Shown: piece by piece, positions 54,364 through 64,000 of the stretch | Position numbering within the stretch: position 1 is the first letter of the stretch | How the letters are laid out: the number at the start of each line of letters is the position of its first letter | Source: Escherichia phage vB_EcoP_PAS59 | Length of the DNA: 64,000 nucleotides | Direction: 5' to 3' (one strand) | Sequence record: OQ921332.1 | The notes under the pieces: model-generated | Seen by the model: only the letters and a program-made list of their open reading frames with translations | Told to the model about the DNA's origin: nothing | Database searches by the model: none | Program-made: the position numbers and the translations under genes

Positions 54364-54812
54364 TATTTACCTCCTCGCAGATATTTAATTGCATTTTCTA
54401 GGTTTTCTGGTGAATCTTTAAAAAGACCTAAACCAGTGTTACAACTAGAACACAGCAAACCTCTAATGTGAAGACCTTCATGACAATGATCGACAGCAAG
54501 TCTCTTAACAACCCCTTTCAGGGTTGCTGTCTCTGGTTGACCACAGATTGCACAAAGTCCTTCTTGCTTTTCAAACAGTGCATCATATTCTGCAAGAGTT
54601 ATTCCATAAAGTCTTCTCAGGTTTCGGTCTGTTATATTCTCAACAGGTTCACCATAGAGTTTTTTATAGTATGACGGACTGGTTGTTTCTAAACCAGAGC
54701 TTTTGAGTTTTCTTTTTTCTTTCTCTCTCTGGCGGCTAGCCAGATATTTAGATACATCCCTATAACCTTTCTTACGAGCAGCAGCTATAGTGGATTCTGA
54801 GTATTCTTCCAT
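54363..54812 (-). CDS. HNH endonuclease (endonuclease VII-like) between two paralogous structural genes
   Basis: ORF track; CAICGQPE...LAVDHCHEGLHIRGLLCSSCNTGLGLF. Confidence 0.7.
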   Translation of the reverse strand: MEEYSESTIAAARKKGYRDVSKYLASRQREKEKRKLKSSGLETTSPSYYKKLYGEPVENITDRNLRRLYGITLAEYDALFEKQEGLCAICGQPETATLKGVVKRLAVDHCHEGLHIRGLLCSSCNTGLGLFKDSPENLENAIKYLRGGK

Positions 54813-54821
54813 AGCTCCTCC

Positions 54822-55874
54822 TTAATTTGCTCCAAAGGCTCCTAGAACACCACCTAAGATATTACTCCCTGCGGTAGATAGCCAGTTGCTCTGACCGTTC
54901 TGTTGAGACAGGTTTGAGCCACCAATCATAGGACCAGCCATCCCAGCTTGACCTCCAGAAGCATTGTACGAATTCCAAGCATTAGTAGTTTGCTGGTTAG
55001 GGGTAAAAGCACCTAGACGACCAGCAATACCAAGACCAGTAATCCCAGCACCAAGGATTTGTTGTGAAGCATTAGGGGCAGCACCTCTATTAGTAATAGT
55101 GTACCCAGCCATTGGACTTACTGAGTTTAATACATTAAGCTGATTGTTAAGCTGATTCCAACCATACTGCTGACTACCAATAGCATTCTCCCAATTGTTG
55201 TTAGCTTGGAGTTGATCTTGCTGCTGTTGAAGGTTTCCAGCAATGAGCTGATTCTGTATTGCCTGTTGACCAGCTTGTACTCCAGCAGCACCTAGATTCA
55301 AGTTCTGACCTGCTAAACCAGATTGAGCATTTAGCAAACCTTGCTGATAAGAGTTGTTATTCAGAAGATTACTAACACCCATATTTTTACCCTGAATAGA
55401 GCGAGAGAGGTTAGTATTCGCTGAAGAAAGAGCAGCACCTTGGGCAGCAGCACGTCTCAGAGAACCTGAGTCAGATCCATTGCCAAGGGATACATTAGCA
55501 GCAGCTTTACCTGTAGACTTAGCTAGTGCAGAATTATTCAATCCAGAACTAAAGTTATTAACATCCTGAGCAGAGATACCACCTTTATTAACTAGGTTTT
55601 GGTATTTCTGAGCCAACTCATTCATCTGGTCTAGCCCTTGTTGAGTTCGAGGAGTATACATCTGACTAAGTTGGTTAAGTGTATTAGAGTTTGCTAAATT
55701 AGAAAGAGCTGCCGTTTGGCCTTCATTAAAGCCCGCTATATTACGACTGATGAACCCTTGGTCATTTTGATTCATAGCTTGGGCATTGGCTACAATCTGT
55801 TTCAGAAGAGCATCAACCTGAGAAGACGGAGCTACCGTAGTCTTAGATTTAGGAGCAGAACCGAAAAGAGACAT
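54822..55874 (-). CDS. Gln/Asn/Gly-rich structural protein (paralog of 53392..54363)
   Basis: ORF track. Confidence 0.5.
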   Translation of the reverse strand: MSLFGSAPKSKTTVAPSSQVDALLKQIVANAQAMNQNDQGFISRNIAGFNEGQTAALSNLANSNTLNQLSQMYTPRTQQGLDQMNELAQKYQNLVNKGGISAQDVNNFSSGLNNSALAKSTGKAAANVSLGNGSDSGSLRRAAAQGAALSSANTNLSRSIQGKNMGVSNLLNNNSYQQGLLNAQSGLAGQNLNLGAAGVQAGQQAIQNQLIAGNLQQQQDQLQANNNWENAIGSQQYGWNQLNNQLNVLNSVSPMAGYTITNRGAAPNASQQILGAGITGLGIAGRLGAFTPNQQTTNAWNSYNASGGQAGMAGPMIGGSNLSQQNGQSNWLSTAGSNILGGVLGAFGAN

Positions 55875-55883
55875 ATGTCCTCC

Positions 55884-56681
55884 TTATCTGTAAATGTCAG
55901 TGCCTATGCTAGACAGACGTCTAAGCACGGCTTGTGTTTGTGGACTATATCGAGAACCTGCCTGAGTGGGAGCATGTGCTCTTTGCACAGTTTGAGAGTT
56001 AGGTTGCTTTCCTGCAAGCATAGAGGCAGCTGCCAATACAGCATTACCAAAATTCTGTTGAGGTTTTTGATCCTCTCCGGAAGATTGTTCGTCAGAGTAA
56101 AACTCTACAGGACTACCACCTAAAGCTCCAGCCTTACTTGCAGCTATCTCTGCCTGAGTTGGAGCATTAGCAGCTCCTTCTTTAGTAAGTGTGTTAGAGC
56201 CGAATTGGTCTACAGGTTGTGCTGCTTTCAAAGCACCGACAGGGTTAGCCACTTGAGATGCTGCTGTATTCTTATCAAAGAATGGTAGGAACAGTTTGTT
56301 ATTCATCGAATCCAAAGCCTGAGGCGTAAACCCCTTCTTACCAGAGAACATCTGTTTAGCACCGCCAGTCCCTTCTGAATATCCCACCAAAGCCTTCCTC
56401 ACATCGCCATCAAAAGCTTTTAGATTATCTCTTAAATATCTAGCACCCATGTCAATATTCTTTGCAGGGTCTAGCCTATCTTCAAGTTTGTACCCATAAT
56501 CTTTAGCCAACCCCTTACTAATTTGCATTAAACCTACTGGCCCTGTACCTGATGCAACAGAGGGTCTACCACTAGACTCCCTCTGGATAACTGCATGGAT
56601 AAGAGCAGCAGGAATGCCGTACTTCTTAGAAGCTTGCTGGACCATAGGATCTAGCTCAGACACTCCCATTCTTATTGTCAT
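55884..56681 (-). CDS. lytic transglycosylase (SLT-domain) virion protein
   Basis: ORF track; QRESSGRP...GLMQI motif. Confidence 0.7.
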   Translation of the reverse strand: MTIRMGVSELDPMVQQASKKYGIPAALIHAVIQRESSGRPSVASGTGPVGLMQISKGLAKDYGYKLEDRLDPAKNIDMGARYLRDNLKAFDGDVRKALVGYSEGTGGAKQMFSGKKGFTPQALDSMNNKLFLPFFDKNTAASQVANPVGALKAAQPVDQFGSNTLTKEGAANAPTQAEIAASKAGALGGSPVEFYSDEQSSGEDQKPQQNFGNAVLAAASMLAGKQPNSQTVQRAHAPTQAGSRYSPQTQAVLRRLSSIGTDIYR

Positions 56682-56693
56682 ACGTCCTCCTTG

Positions 56694-57728
56694 TTATATA
56701 CTTGCAAAAACTTTAGTTGCATCTAATACAGGAACGGAGATCCCTATAGTTGAGTTAGAGCCTAGGTCGTAGGAGTTATCCCACTGGAACATATACCTCC
56801 CATACCCTGTACCAAAAGAAGAACCATTCATAGTGTGTGACCTAGCATGTTGGAAATACCAACCACTACCACTACCTCGGATAGCACCTACACCAGAAGA
56901 TAAAGGTATCATTGGGTATGAGATTCCTGTATTCCCACCACTATAAGGCATGAAATTGTGAATCATCATTGGTGTTCTGTAAGTAGAGAATACACACTGA
57001 GAGCCGTTAGGAGAATAAATGTTTAGTCCTCCATTGTGAGTAGGGACACTACCACCATCACAGAATACTGCAACCCTAACTGTTCCAATGTTACCACCTG
57101 CGTTGTTGTTTCCGTTATTGTAAGATCTGTTCTGATACACACGGATAGTTCTATCACCAGCTGTGTAGAGAAGACCTGCACCACTATTTGACCAGTTAGC
57201 AAATACCATGTATCTATTTGAGTCAAACCCGCTAATTGCTGGTATTTGCATAGAGCCGTTGATTGTTCCCTCCCAAGCATAGATACACTGACCAACTGTA
57301 CCACTATCAGAGATGGAGAAATAGTCAGCTGTGTTTGAAAAAGTAATACCGTAATTTCTATTAGCTCTAGGCCAAATCTGATATACGTTAAACCCACAAT
57401 CAAACAAAGGGTTGCTTCCGGGGTTTTGATTGATACTGACCCTAAAGGTAGAATTGTTAACCACAGATATTCCGGTGACACAATAAACATCAGGAACCAA
57501 GTTAGGAGGGACTTCCCATTGCCAACACAAACTACCAATCGGAGCAATAACAATCTGACCTGAACCATCCCAGCCAGATATAGGAAAATCTCTACTCCCA
57601 CCATTGAAGTTGTAATTACCACTTACTCTGTTCTTAAACTGAGGGAATGTTGAATCGCTATCAATATATAAGTCAGCTGGAGAAGCTGGTCCCGGACCTA
57701 CCGGAGTTGTCCAAATCCCATATGCCAT
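56694..57728 (-). CDS. tail fibre distal / receptor-binding protein, putative
   Basis: ORF track; Gly/Asn/Ser-rich; start 1 nt after the stop of 57730..58743. Confidence 0.45.
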   Translation of the reverse strand: MAYGIWTTPVGPGPASPADLYIDSDSTFPQFKNRVSGNYNFNGGSRDFPISGWDGSGQIVIAPIGSLCWQWEVPPNLVPDVYCVTGISVVNNSTFRVSINQNPGSNPLFDCGFNVYQIWPRANRNYGITFSNTADYFSISDSGTVGQCIYAWEGTINGSMQIPAISGFDSNRYMVFANWSNSGAGLLYTAGDRTIRVYQNRSYNNGNNNAGGNIGTVRVAVFCDGGSVPTHNGGLNIYSPNGSQCVFSTYRTPMMIHNFMPYSGGNTGISYPMIPLSSGVGAIRGSGSGWYFQHARSHTMNGSSFGTGYGRYMFQWDNSYDLGSNSTIGISVPVLDATKVFASI

Positions 57729-57729
57729 A

Positions 57730-58743
57730 TTACCATGTCCCTATTCTGATTCTCAAAACACCATTACCGTCATAGAAATCTATACGGCTTCCATTCATCC
57801 ACAGCCTGTTACCACCAGAGCTTGGACCTAGTTGGAAATCTCCACCAACTGTAAGTCTCCAGTTAGTTCCGCTCATTGCACCAGCAGTGATTTTATTAGC
57901 TGCCAAGTTTTGAATCTGAGCATTACTAACAGACACATTATCAATTTGTGCCCATTGGATTCTAGCATTTGCTATCATTGCTGTCGTTATATTGACATTC
58001 TTGATGTCCGCAAATTCCATCCTAGCTCGACCGTTCTCAAAAACAAAAGGAGTGTTACCTGTTGTTCCGTTACCAACTATAAACTTGTTAGCAGTAACTT
58101 GAAATTGGCTATTAGTTCCGTTGTTGGTCAGCTTAACACCAGCATACTGACCGTTGACAGAAGAGTTGACACCCCAAGTAGCCTCATATGAAGAAAGTTT
58201 CATATATTGAGATAAAGAGTTCTGAACTGTAGTAACTTTACCATCTACCGTTGCTATCTGTTGACCTTGAGCGGTAAGCTCTGTTTGAACTAAAGCAATC
58301 TCTTGACCTTGGTCATTTACAATACCTTCTACCGTTTGAATCTTAAGATTAGCCCCTTCAATAGAGGTCTTGAAGCCTGCTACCGTCCCATCTAGTTTGG
58401 TAGGAGGAACAGTTGAGTTATCCCAAATATCTTCAGTGGACAGATTACCCATTTGTGTCTGGATATCAGCAATAGCTGTTTCAATCTCTGTAGTAATTCT
58501 ATTCTCAAGTTCGTCAAATTGAAGATTCATTGCATTAAGAGCTTTGATTCGAACATCAATCTCATCATGTATCTCATCAATTGCTTGGAACATTTGGTTT
58601 GTAGCGGTGCTGACTTTCTGGAGTTCATCATAAACCGCAACGTTGTATTTATCCGTATCCTCTACATTGTTGAGAAAGCCAACGTTGTAGGGAAGCGTGG
58701 TGTTGTTTCTTCCAGTATTCTTACGAAAACCTCCAGCACCCAT
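57730..58743 (-). CDS. tail fibre protein (N-terminal coiled coil)
   Basis: ORF track; helical N-terminus then beta-rich C-terminus. Confidence 0.5.
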   Translation of the reverse strand: MGAGGFRKNTGRNNTTLPYNVGFLNNVEDTDKYNVAVYDELQKVSTATNQMFQAIDEIHDEIDVRIKALNAMNLQFDELENRITTEIETAIADIQTQMGNLSTEDIWDNSTVPPTKLDGTVAGFKTSIEGANLKIQTVEGIVNDQGQEIALVQTELTAQGQQIATVDGKVTTVQNSLSQYMKLSSYEATWGVNSSVNGQYAGVKLTNNGTNSQFQVTANKFIVGNGTTGNTPFVFENGRARMEFADIKNVNITTAMIANARIQWAQIDNVSVSNAQIQNLAANKITAGAMSGTNWRLTVGGDFQLGPSSGGNRLWMNGSRIDFYDGNGVLRIRIGTW

Positions 58744-58790
58744 AAGTACCTCCCATTATAAACAATAAAAGGGGCCGAAGCCCCTTGTCG

Positions 58791-61790
58791 TTACCTTCGA
58801 CCGCCAACAGCAAACTCTATAGTGAGTCCATTCATAGAGGCATTACTATTAACATCATTATCTATAACATTATAGAATAGGTATGGATGGTTCAATCTGA
58901 CCGATACGTGACGATCTACACCAACCCTAAACTCTTTAGTTGAGTGATTATGTCCATACTCATTAGAGAATTGACTTCCACCTGCTTCGAACACATAAGT
59001 ACCTGTTCCAGTTACTTGTGGTCTAAACTTGTTGATGTGTTTTTGATTCCATTCATTAGTGACATTATCAAAGTCAATACCAGTCCTCTCTAGCCTCATT
59101 TCTAAAGGCCTTTCTATAACTGTATCATTTGATCTGTCATAAAAATAATCTAAAGCACCAACATCTACTTGATAGAACCCTCTCAAGAAAGAACCTACTA
59201 TTGTAACCCTCTGACGGAAGTTTGTTGCATCCTTTCTCCAGACAAGTTTGTCAATAGATGGATCATCCCAAGTGACTTCTTGAAAGTCTGCCCAAATAGG
59301 ACCACGCTCAAGAACAGGAGGATCAACCAAACCAATACAGTAAGAGTATGGAATAGTACGGAAAGACCAAGTATCAAATTCGTAGTTCCAAACAGCAGCT
59401 TTGGTACAAGCGAAACTCTCTTTTGGCTCTCCCGGTCCTACATATAGAATCCAAACTTCTTTCTTATCTTGATGTAGATGGACTTTGGTAGCTATAGGAT
59501 TTACTAGGCATATTTCATTGATTAGCATATTCTTAACACGGTTAGAAGCAATAGACTTCTTAGATGCCCCATTATGAAGAATAACATCGTTCTGAGTAAC
59601 TACAAAATGACCACCCTCTACTTCCACAACACATTCGGGAGCAAGAATTCCTGAATCGTTAAACAACTTCTTAAACATCAGAGGTTGATATGTGTTATTA
59701 GTGGGTGACCCAATGTATGTCTCAAATTCAGTGTAAACAAACAAATAGTCCTTCAGAGGTAACACTTCTATAAGACTACCGTTCGAATCTGCAAGATCAA
59801 TATACCCTGCATACCCATTCTCAAGAGCTTCAGTCTGTCCGACAATATTAGCAGCAAGATCAGAGCTGACAGCCCTATCATATGCATAATCATCCCACAG
59901 CTCTGGAGCCTTGTTCTCTTCTGCAAAATTAGACCAACGAAGACGCAACGGGTAATGTGTTGTAACGCCAGAAGCATTAGATTCTCTCATATTCAGAGCA
60001 AACAATCTGTTGTTAAATGCACGAATGCGCTCACACTTCCAGTTATACTTCTTAACAGAAGGGTTCCCTGATGCATCTACTACTGTCTGTTCACCCCATC
60101 CCGGCAAGTCAACAAAGTATTCAGAATCAAACTCTTTAACTTGAGGAGTTTCATAATGGGTGGTTGCAACTGCACAGTTAGAGATGATAGTATGATACCA
60201 CGGGTAATCTTCAAAAGCATCGTAGTCTTTTTGAACCATCTGACTTACAGTGCAGGTAACTTTCACTTCACCCTTACGGAGAGCTGTGAGCTTGAGAGTA
60301 GGACTACTGGTGTTGGTAGTAGACACATAACCACTCTTATCTACGGTCCATTTATAGGAATAGTTACCAGTCGGAGAAGCTGTTGCTGTCAATACAATCT
60401 CTTCACCAACATCCAGAGAGGCATCTATAATATCCAAAGTCACGCCACTTAAAGGAGGATCATTAGCTAGAAGAGCAGCTCTGCCAAAACCTTCAAGGTC
60501 CATTACGTTAGAGTAGTCATAGAAATTGTTACCTTCTGCCATACCTGTTGTATCAATTCCAGTGTTCTCTGATGCAAAATATACCACATCTTCTTTCTCA
60601 ATCACAGGCTCTTCTACCGGAGCTTCAGGAGTAATAGAGTAAGACAAAGAACGAGCCATTCTAGAAGCCAAACCAACTTGAACTTCACAAGTAGCGGTAC
60701 GATTACCTTCTACAGTTGTTGCTGTAATTTGAGTATACCCCGCTACTAAACCAGTAATAGTTGCTTCTGTACTAGAACCACTAACAGTAGCAATGTTGGG
60801 GTTAGAACTTGTCCAAGTGATTGCTTTGTTAGGGGCATTGGCTGGATTAACCGTAGCTGTTAGTATGTACTGAGTCCCTCTATTCATTGTTACATTCTCT
60901 TGACTTAGAGAGATGCTATCAATCTGAGGAATTGCAGAAACTACACAAGATGCAGTTTTTGTCCCATTATCAGCTGTAATGGTTACGTTACCTTCTCCTG
61001 AAGCCCTCAATACTGCGGTTAAAGAGTTTGAGTTAGGTGTGACTGACACAATACTTGGGTTAGAGCTTGTCCAAGTGACGCTTGGTTTTCCTGTAATAGC
61101 AGTAAGTGTTGAAGTTCCTCCTTTTCTCACTGTCAATGTATCCTGACTTAAGAAGATTCCAGAATCTCCATCAATAATGTTAACAGCAATCTGAGTGGAC
61201 ACAGATTCATCTGCTGTTCGAACTGTAACTACTAGATTTCCTTCAACAGCTTTAGAAGTAAGTGTTGCTTTTTTGGAATCTGTAGGGTCAACAACAATGC
61301 TACCATATGCTGAATTACTTACTGACCAAACTAGATTAGTATTCTGTGCATCTTCCGGGGTTATACTGACTTCTAAAACCTTTGTCTTGTTGAAAGTCAT
61401 TGAGACAGAAGACTCTTTAGGGGTAATAGAAGATACAACCGGATAGATCTTGAGTGTCGCTGTTGCTTTCTTAGTTGCCGTAGCAACCTTGCGGCTGATA
61501 TCAGTAAGCCCTTCATCAGTTAATTTGTACAACTTCTTGTCTGTACCAACTACAAGGAAACTATTGCCAGCACTGTAATAATCAAAAGGCATAGAGATAA
61601 AAGAAAGAGGGGTTAGGTCTTTATCTTCATCAACGTAAGAAAGAGGGGCATTGCCCCCCGTCTTAAATACCCTCTGCTCTACAAAGCGAGCATTAATAGC
61701 GTTAGTGAAAGCATTTGGTGCTAAGTCAGTAGGTGCTTGGTCAGCGATAACCCCAACTGCCCCTAATGATTTTATTGGATATAAAGCCAT
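58791..61790 (-). CDS. large structural protein with tandem bacterial Ig-like (Big_2) domains
   Basis: ORF track; three or four ~80-aa repeats of the type ...TSSNP.IATVS... between residues ~130 and 370. Confidence 0.55.
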   Translation of the reverse strand: MALYPIKSLGAVGVIADQAPTDLAPNAFTNAINARFVEQRVFKTGGNAPLSYVDEDKDLTPLSFISMPFDYYSAGNSFLVVGTDKKLYKLTDEGLTDISRKVATATKKATATLKIYPVVSSITPKESSVSMTFNKTKVLEVSITPEDAQNTNLVWSVSNSAYGSIVVDPTDSKKATLTSKAVEGNLVVTVRTADESVSTQIAVNIIDGDSGIFLSQDTLTVRKGGTSTLTAITGKPSVTWTSSNPSIVSVTPNSNSLTAVLRASGEGNVTITADNGTKTASCVVSAIPQIDSISLSQENVTMNRGTQYILTATVNPANAPNKAITWTSSNPNIATVSGSSTEATITGLVAGYTQITATTVEGNRTATCEVQVGLASRMARSLSYSITPEAPVEEPVIEKEDVVYFASENTGIDTTGMAEGNNFYDYSNVMDLEGFGRAALLANDPPLSGVTLDIIDASLDVGEEIVLTATASPTGNYSYKWTVDKSGYVSTTNTSSPTLKLTALRKGEVKVTCTVSQMVQKDYDAFEDYPWYHTIISNCAVATTHYETPQVKEFDSEYFVDLPGWGEQTVVDASGNPSVKKYNWKCERIRAFNNRLFALNMRESNASGVTTHYPLRLRWSNFAEENKAPELWDDYAYDRAVSSDLAANIVGQTEALENGYAGYIDLADSNGSLIEVLPLKDYLFVYTEFETYIGSPTNNTYQPLMFKKLFNDSGILAPECVVEVEGGHFVVTQNDVILHNGASKKSIASNRVKNMLINEICLVNPIATKVHLHQDKKEVWILYVGPGEPKESFACTKAAVWNYEFDTWSFRTIPYSYCIGLVDPPVLERGPIWADFQEVTWDDPSIDKLVWRKDATNFRQRVTIVGSFLRGFYQVDVGALDYFYDRSNDTVIERPLEMRLERTGIDFDNVTNEWNQKHINKFRPQVTGTGTYVFEAGGSQFSNEYGHNHSTKEFRVGVDRHVSVRLNHPYLFYNVIDNDVNSNASMNGLTIEFAVGGRR

Positions 61791-61801
61791 TATAGCCCTC
61801 C

Positions 61802-62605
61802 TTAGCTAATACGTCTCCAAATGTGTGCTGCTCGGAACGGCGGCAATGTGTTAATAGGTTGGCGAGATGTATCATCACGACCAAAACTAACAGAACCTGT
61901 GATTGTGTGTGAGTGAGTATTAGTGTCAGTCACCTGAGTGTAACCACTACCCGGACTATACCAGTTAGGGCTGCTGTTATGACCACTTGCATCACCTCGT
62001 CCCATTCTGATATTGTGTGAGTGGGAATAAGAACTAACTTGGAAGCTAGAGCCATTGATTGTGGTTAGAGGTATGTTATCAGCACGAATCGTATTGAATA
62101 CGCGACCACCTGTACCACCTGCTTGAAATTCTACACGTTGGGCGTTAGGAACAGACCCATCAGGGTTAACAACACCAGTACCCATAATAACACCTGTTAC
62201 TTTAGCCCAAGAGCCAAAACCAAGAGATGCAGAATCACCGGGGTTAATATCTTCTTCAGTGATGTAATAAGAACCAATACGGTACAACTTATTCTGCATC
62301 CAGTTCAACATGAAAGCTTCCATCTGACCTTTTGTTACAGCATCCCTATCCCCGGTTCCCGGAGTAAGGTTCTTAATCATGAGATTACCAACATCCATAG
62401 CATCACCAGTAAAAGTGATCTTCTCTGATAGAGCTTTAAAAGATTCAGAAGAAAGGTTTACTGGTTCTGTAATATTTGGGAATGTGTTAATCAAAACCTG
62501 CTTAATAAGGCGGAGTTGAGCCGCCCCTTCATAAATGTAATCTCTGTCTCTAGGGTACAGAGGGTTTAAATCGGTAGTCACTACCGCAGTTGTTTCGATA
62601 GCCAA
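61802..62605 (-). CDS. tail/virion protein of unknown function
   Basis: ORF track; position between the Big_2 protein and the endolysin. Confidence 0.45.
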   Translation of the reverse strand: MAIETTAVVTTDLNPLYPRDRDYIYEGAAQLRLIKQVLINTFPNITEPVNLSSESFKALSEKITFTGDAMDVGNLMIKNLTPGTGDRDAVTKGQMEAFMLNWMQNKLYRIGSYYITEEDINPGDSASLGFGSWAKVTGVIMGTGVVNPDGSVPNAQRVEFQAGGTGGRVFNTIRADNIPLTTINGSSFQVSSYSHSHNIRMGRGDASGHNSSPNWYSPGSGYTQVTDTNTHSHTITGSVSFGRDDTSRQPINTLPPFRAAHIWRRIS

Positions 62606-62617
62606 AAGGCACCTCCA

Positions 62618-63142
62618 TTAATATTTTCCTGTGGTGTATAGGTCTGCTTCTGCAACCCTACGATTGTGAAGTCCCGGACTCTGTTGTTTTACACCCTTAA
62701 CAGTTATCTTATCCCAACGCAAGAATTCTGAATAAACATCACCCTTTACGTCCCCGTTAATCACTTTCCTAAGTTTTGAGGTTGATAGAGCACCACCACC
62801 AACATTAAAGTTGAACGAGGTGACAGCATCAAACTCATGAGCTAACATAGGAACTCTTATGTTTTTCTGAGTAGCACGAACAGAGTCTTGTGTGTCTCTA
62901 TCTAGCAGAGCTAGACAATCCTCTATAGAATACGTTAATCCTTGTCTTACTGGATACCCATTCATATCGCGCGTAGCCCCTACACATATTGTCCAGATTC
63001 CAGCGGAGTCTTTATAGGCTTTAGTTCTCATGCCTTCATGTTTCATGATAAACTCCATACCGTCCGGACTCAGGCTCATTTGTACAGGTGGCAATGCGAT
63101 AGCGTCCATCTTGACCTCCTTTTTGTTATTATGATAGGTCAA
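62618..63142 (-). CDS. endolysin, GH24 (T4-lysozyme-like) muramidase
   Basis: ORF track; catalytic-region pattern HEG...YKDSAGIWTICVG. Confidence 0.75.
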   Translation of the reverse strand: MTYHNNKKEVKMDAIALPPVQMSLSPDGMEFIMKHEGMRTKAYKDSAGIWTICVGATRDMNGYPVRQGLTYSIEDCLALLDRDTQDSVRATQKNIRVPMLAHEFDAVTSFNFNVGGGALSTSKLRKVINGDVKGDVYSEFLRWDKITVKGVKQQSPGLHNRRVAEADLYTTGKY

Positions 63143-63361
63143 TTAAGGAAGAATTTTTCTCAGAGCTGAAGATTGAGCATCTGGGCAAATAACAACCAAA
63201 TTATTTTGAATGGTCCTTTGTTTACATTGAGAACTAAGCTTCTCTACGGGAGCTTCTATAACAGAATGAGAGCTTACCGCATTTACAGGCACTGCCGTAG
63301 AAATCACAAAACCAGTCCCTAAGCAAGCAAGACCATAAGTTACTTGTTTCATCATTTTCAT
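63143..63361 (-). CDS. small secreted or membrane protein next to the endolysin (possible lysis accessory)
   Basis: ORF track; N-terminal signal or anchor MKMMKQVTYGLACLGTGFVISTAVPVNA. Confidence 0.35.
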   Translation of the reverse strand: MKMMKQVTYGLACLGTGFVISTAVPVNAVSSHSVIEAPVEKLSSQCKQRTIQNNLVVICPDAQSSALRKILP

Positions 63362-63452
63362 TTTCTTCTCCTTTTCGTTTTCCTTTTGGATATAATAGTT
63401 TCATTACTTATTCATCAGTTTCACTCCTAAAAGCCCCCGAAGGGGCTGTTAA

Positions 63453-64000
63453 TCATTTAGCAGCTTTCAGCGTAGCAACCTCCTTCTTCAACTCATCAAC
63501 CTGCTTCATCAACTCTAAAATAGCTTCATGATGAAGTGCCGCAGCAACACCATAAGTGTCTACAGACTTTGTATCTTTAACAATCGAACCATCTTGAAGC
63601 TCTGTATCCCCGGTAACTTTGACAGCATCAGGGAAGATTTTTTCCACATCTTGTGCAATAAACCCATAACCCACTTTATCACCGGATGTTTTAAGTTTCC
63701 AAGAAACACCTTTTATCTCTTTCATCTTGTCCAAAGGTTTTTCTATTCTAGAAATATCATCTTTTATTCTTTCATCAGAATCAGTGCTCCAACCACCCGG
63801 GCAAACAGCTCTTCCATCCTTGAGAAATTGAAAATGTTTTAGATTAGTTCCGGCTGTAGATGTTGATATGGTAACGTCACCATCACGCTCTGTGTAAAGT
63901 CTTCCATATATAGCAGTGTTAGCGCTGTTTTTAAATTCAATGAAAGATTGATTATTGTTGTTACCTACAAAAGTTGCTTTACCTTCACGAGAAATTAACT
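63453..64000 (-). CDS. tail fibre/spike C-terminal part with intramolecular-chaperone (peptidase S74-like) domain; 5' end lies beyond the window
   Basis: minus-strand frame open from 64000 to the stop at 63453; ...GWSTDSDERIKDDISRIE... and GFIAQDVEKIFPDAV match the autoproteolytic chaperone motif. Confidence 0.55.
   Translation of the reverse strand, partial: LISREGKATFVGNNNNQSFIEFKNSANTAIYGRLYTERDGDVTISTSTAGTNLKHFQFLKDGRAVCPGGWSTDSDERIKDDISRIEKPLDKMKEIKGVSWKLKTSGDKVGYGFIAQDVEKIFPDAVKVTGDTELQDGSIVKDTKSVDTYGVAAALHHEAILELMKQVDELKKEVATLKAAK

Noticed and set aside
47412-58761. Plus-strand ORFs from the six-frame track inside the minus-strand structural genes (for example 48355..48762, 52091..52573, 53917..54114, 55716..56123, 57832..58191, 59169..59447)
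   Set aside because: Each is fully contained in and antisense to a long, well-supported minus-strand gene; typical shadow ORFs.
63143-63361. Outer-membrane spanin lipoprotein next to the endolysin
   Set aside because: The Cys in YGLAC is only ~12 residues from the N-terminus with no preceding hydrophobic core, so a lipobox is unlikely; more consistent with an ordinary signal peptide or signal anchor.
1-64000. CRISPR array, rRNA genes, integrase, repressor or transposase
   Set aside because: No regular repeat-spacer structure, no rRNA-like sequence and no recombinase or repressor-like ORF was recognised; the element looks like a virulent phage rather than a prophage or transposon.

Overview
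This window reads as most of a virulent tailed-phage genome with the organisation of a phiEco32-like (Kuravirus-type) podophage of an enterobacterial host; that assignment is from memory of gene content, not from a search. All calls are from reading the sequence and the ORF track, with no database lookups. Layout: (1) bp 1-4200, a non-coding left end with short direct repeats, sigma70-type promoters and three rrn-type boxA antitermination elements; (2) bp 4200-14600, an early region of ~45 small ORFs with several paralog families, one tRNA-Arg(TCT), a ProQ/FinO-like gene and a twice-repeated ~130 bp intergenic element; (3) bp 14978-24443, a same-strand block of amide-bond enzymes (two glutamine-synthetase-like amidoligases, a class-II glutamine amidotransferase, an ATP-grasp ligase, a gamma-glutamyl cyclotransferase-like protein) mixed with large ORFs of unknown family, which is my best candidate for an uncharacterised system; (4) bp 24672-47140, a T7-like replication and nucleotide-metabolism module in which the family-A DNA polymerase is encoded in three pieces, plus thioredoxin, ThyX, dCTP deaminase, PhoH, a Dps-like protein, an ECF-like sigma factor, a candidate spanin pair and six of the window's seven HNH endonuclease genes; (5) bp 47194-64000 on the minus strand, virion and lysis genes (1481-aa protein, SLT transglycosylase, Big_2 protein, tail fibres, GH24 endolysin), continuing past the window end. 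No integrase, repressor, CRISPR array or rRNA was seen. A few genes appear to need non-canonical start codons (ATT, CTG). Coordinates of hairpins and motifs are approximate to a few bp.
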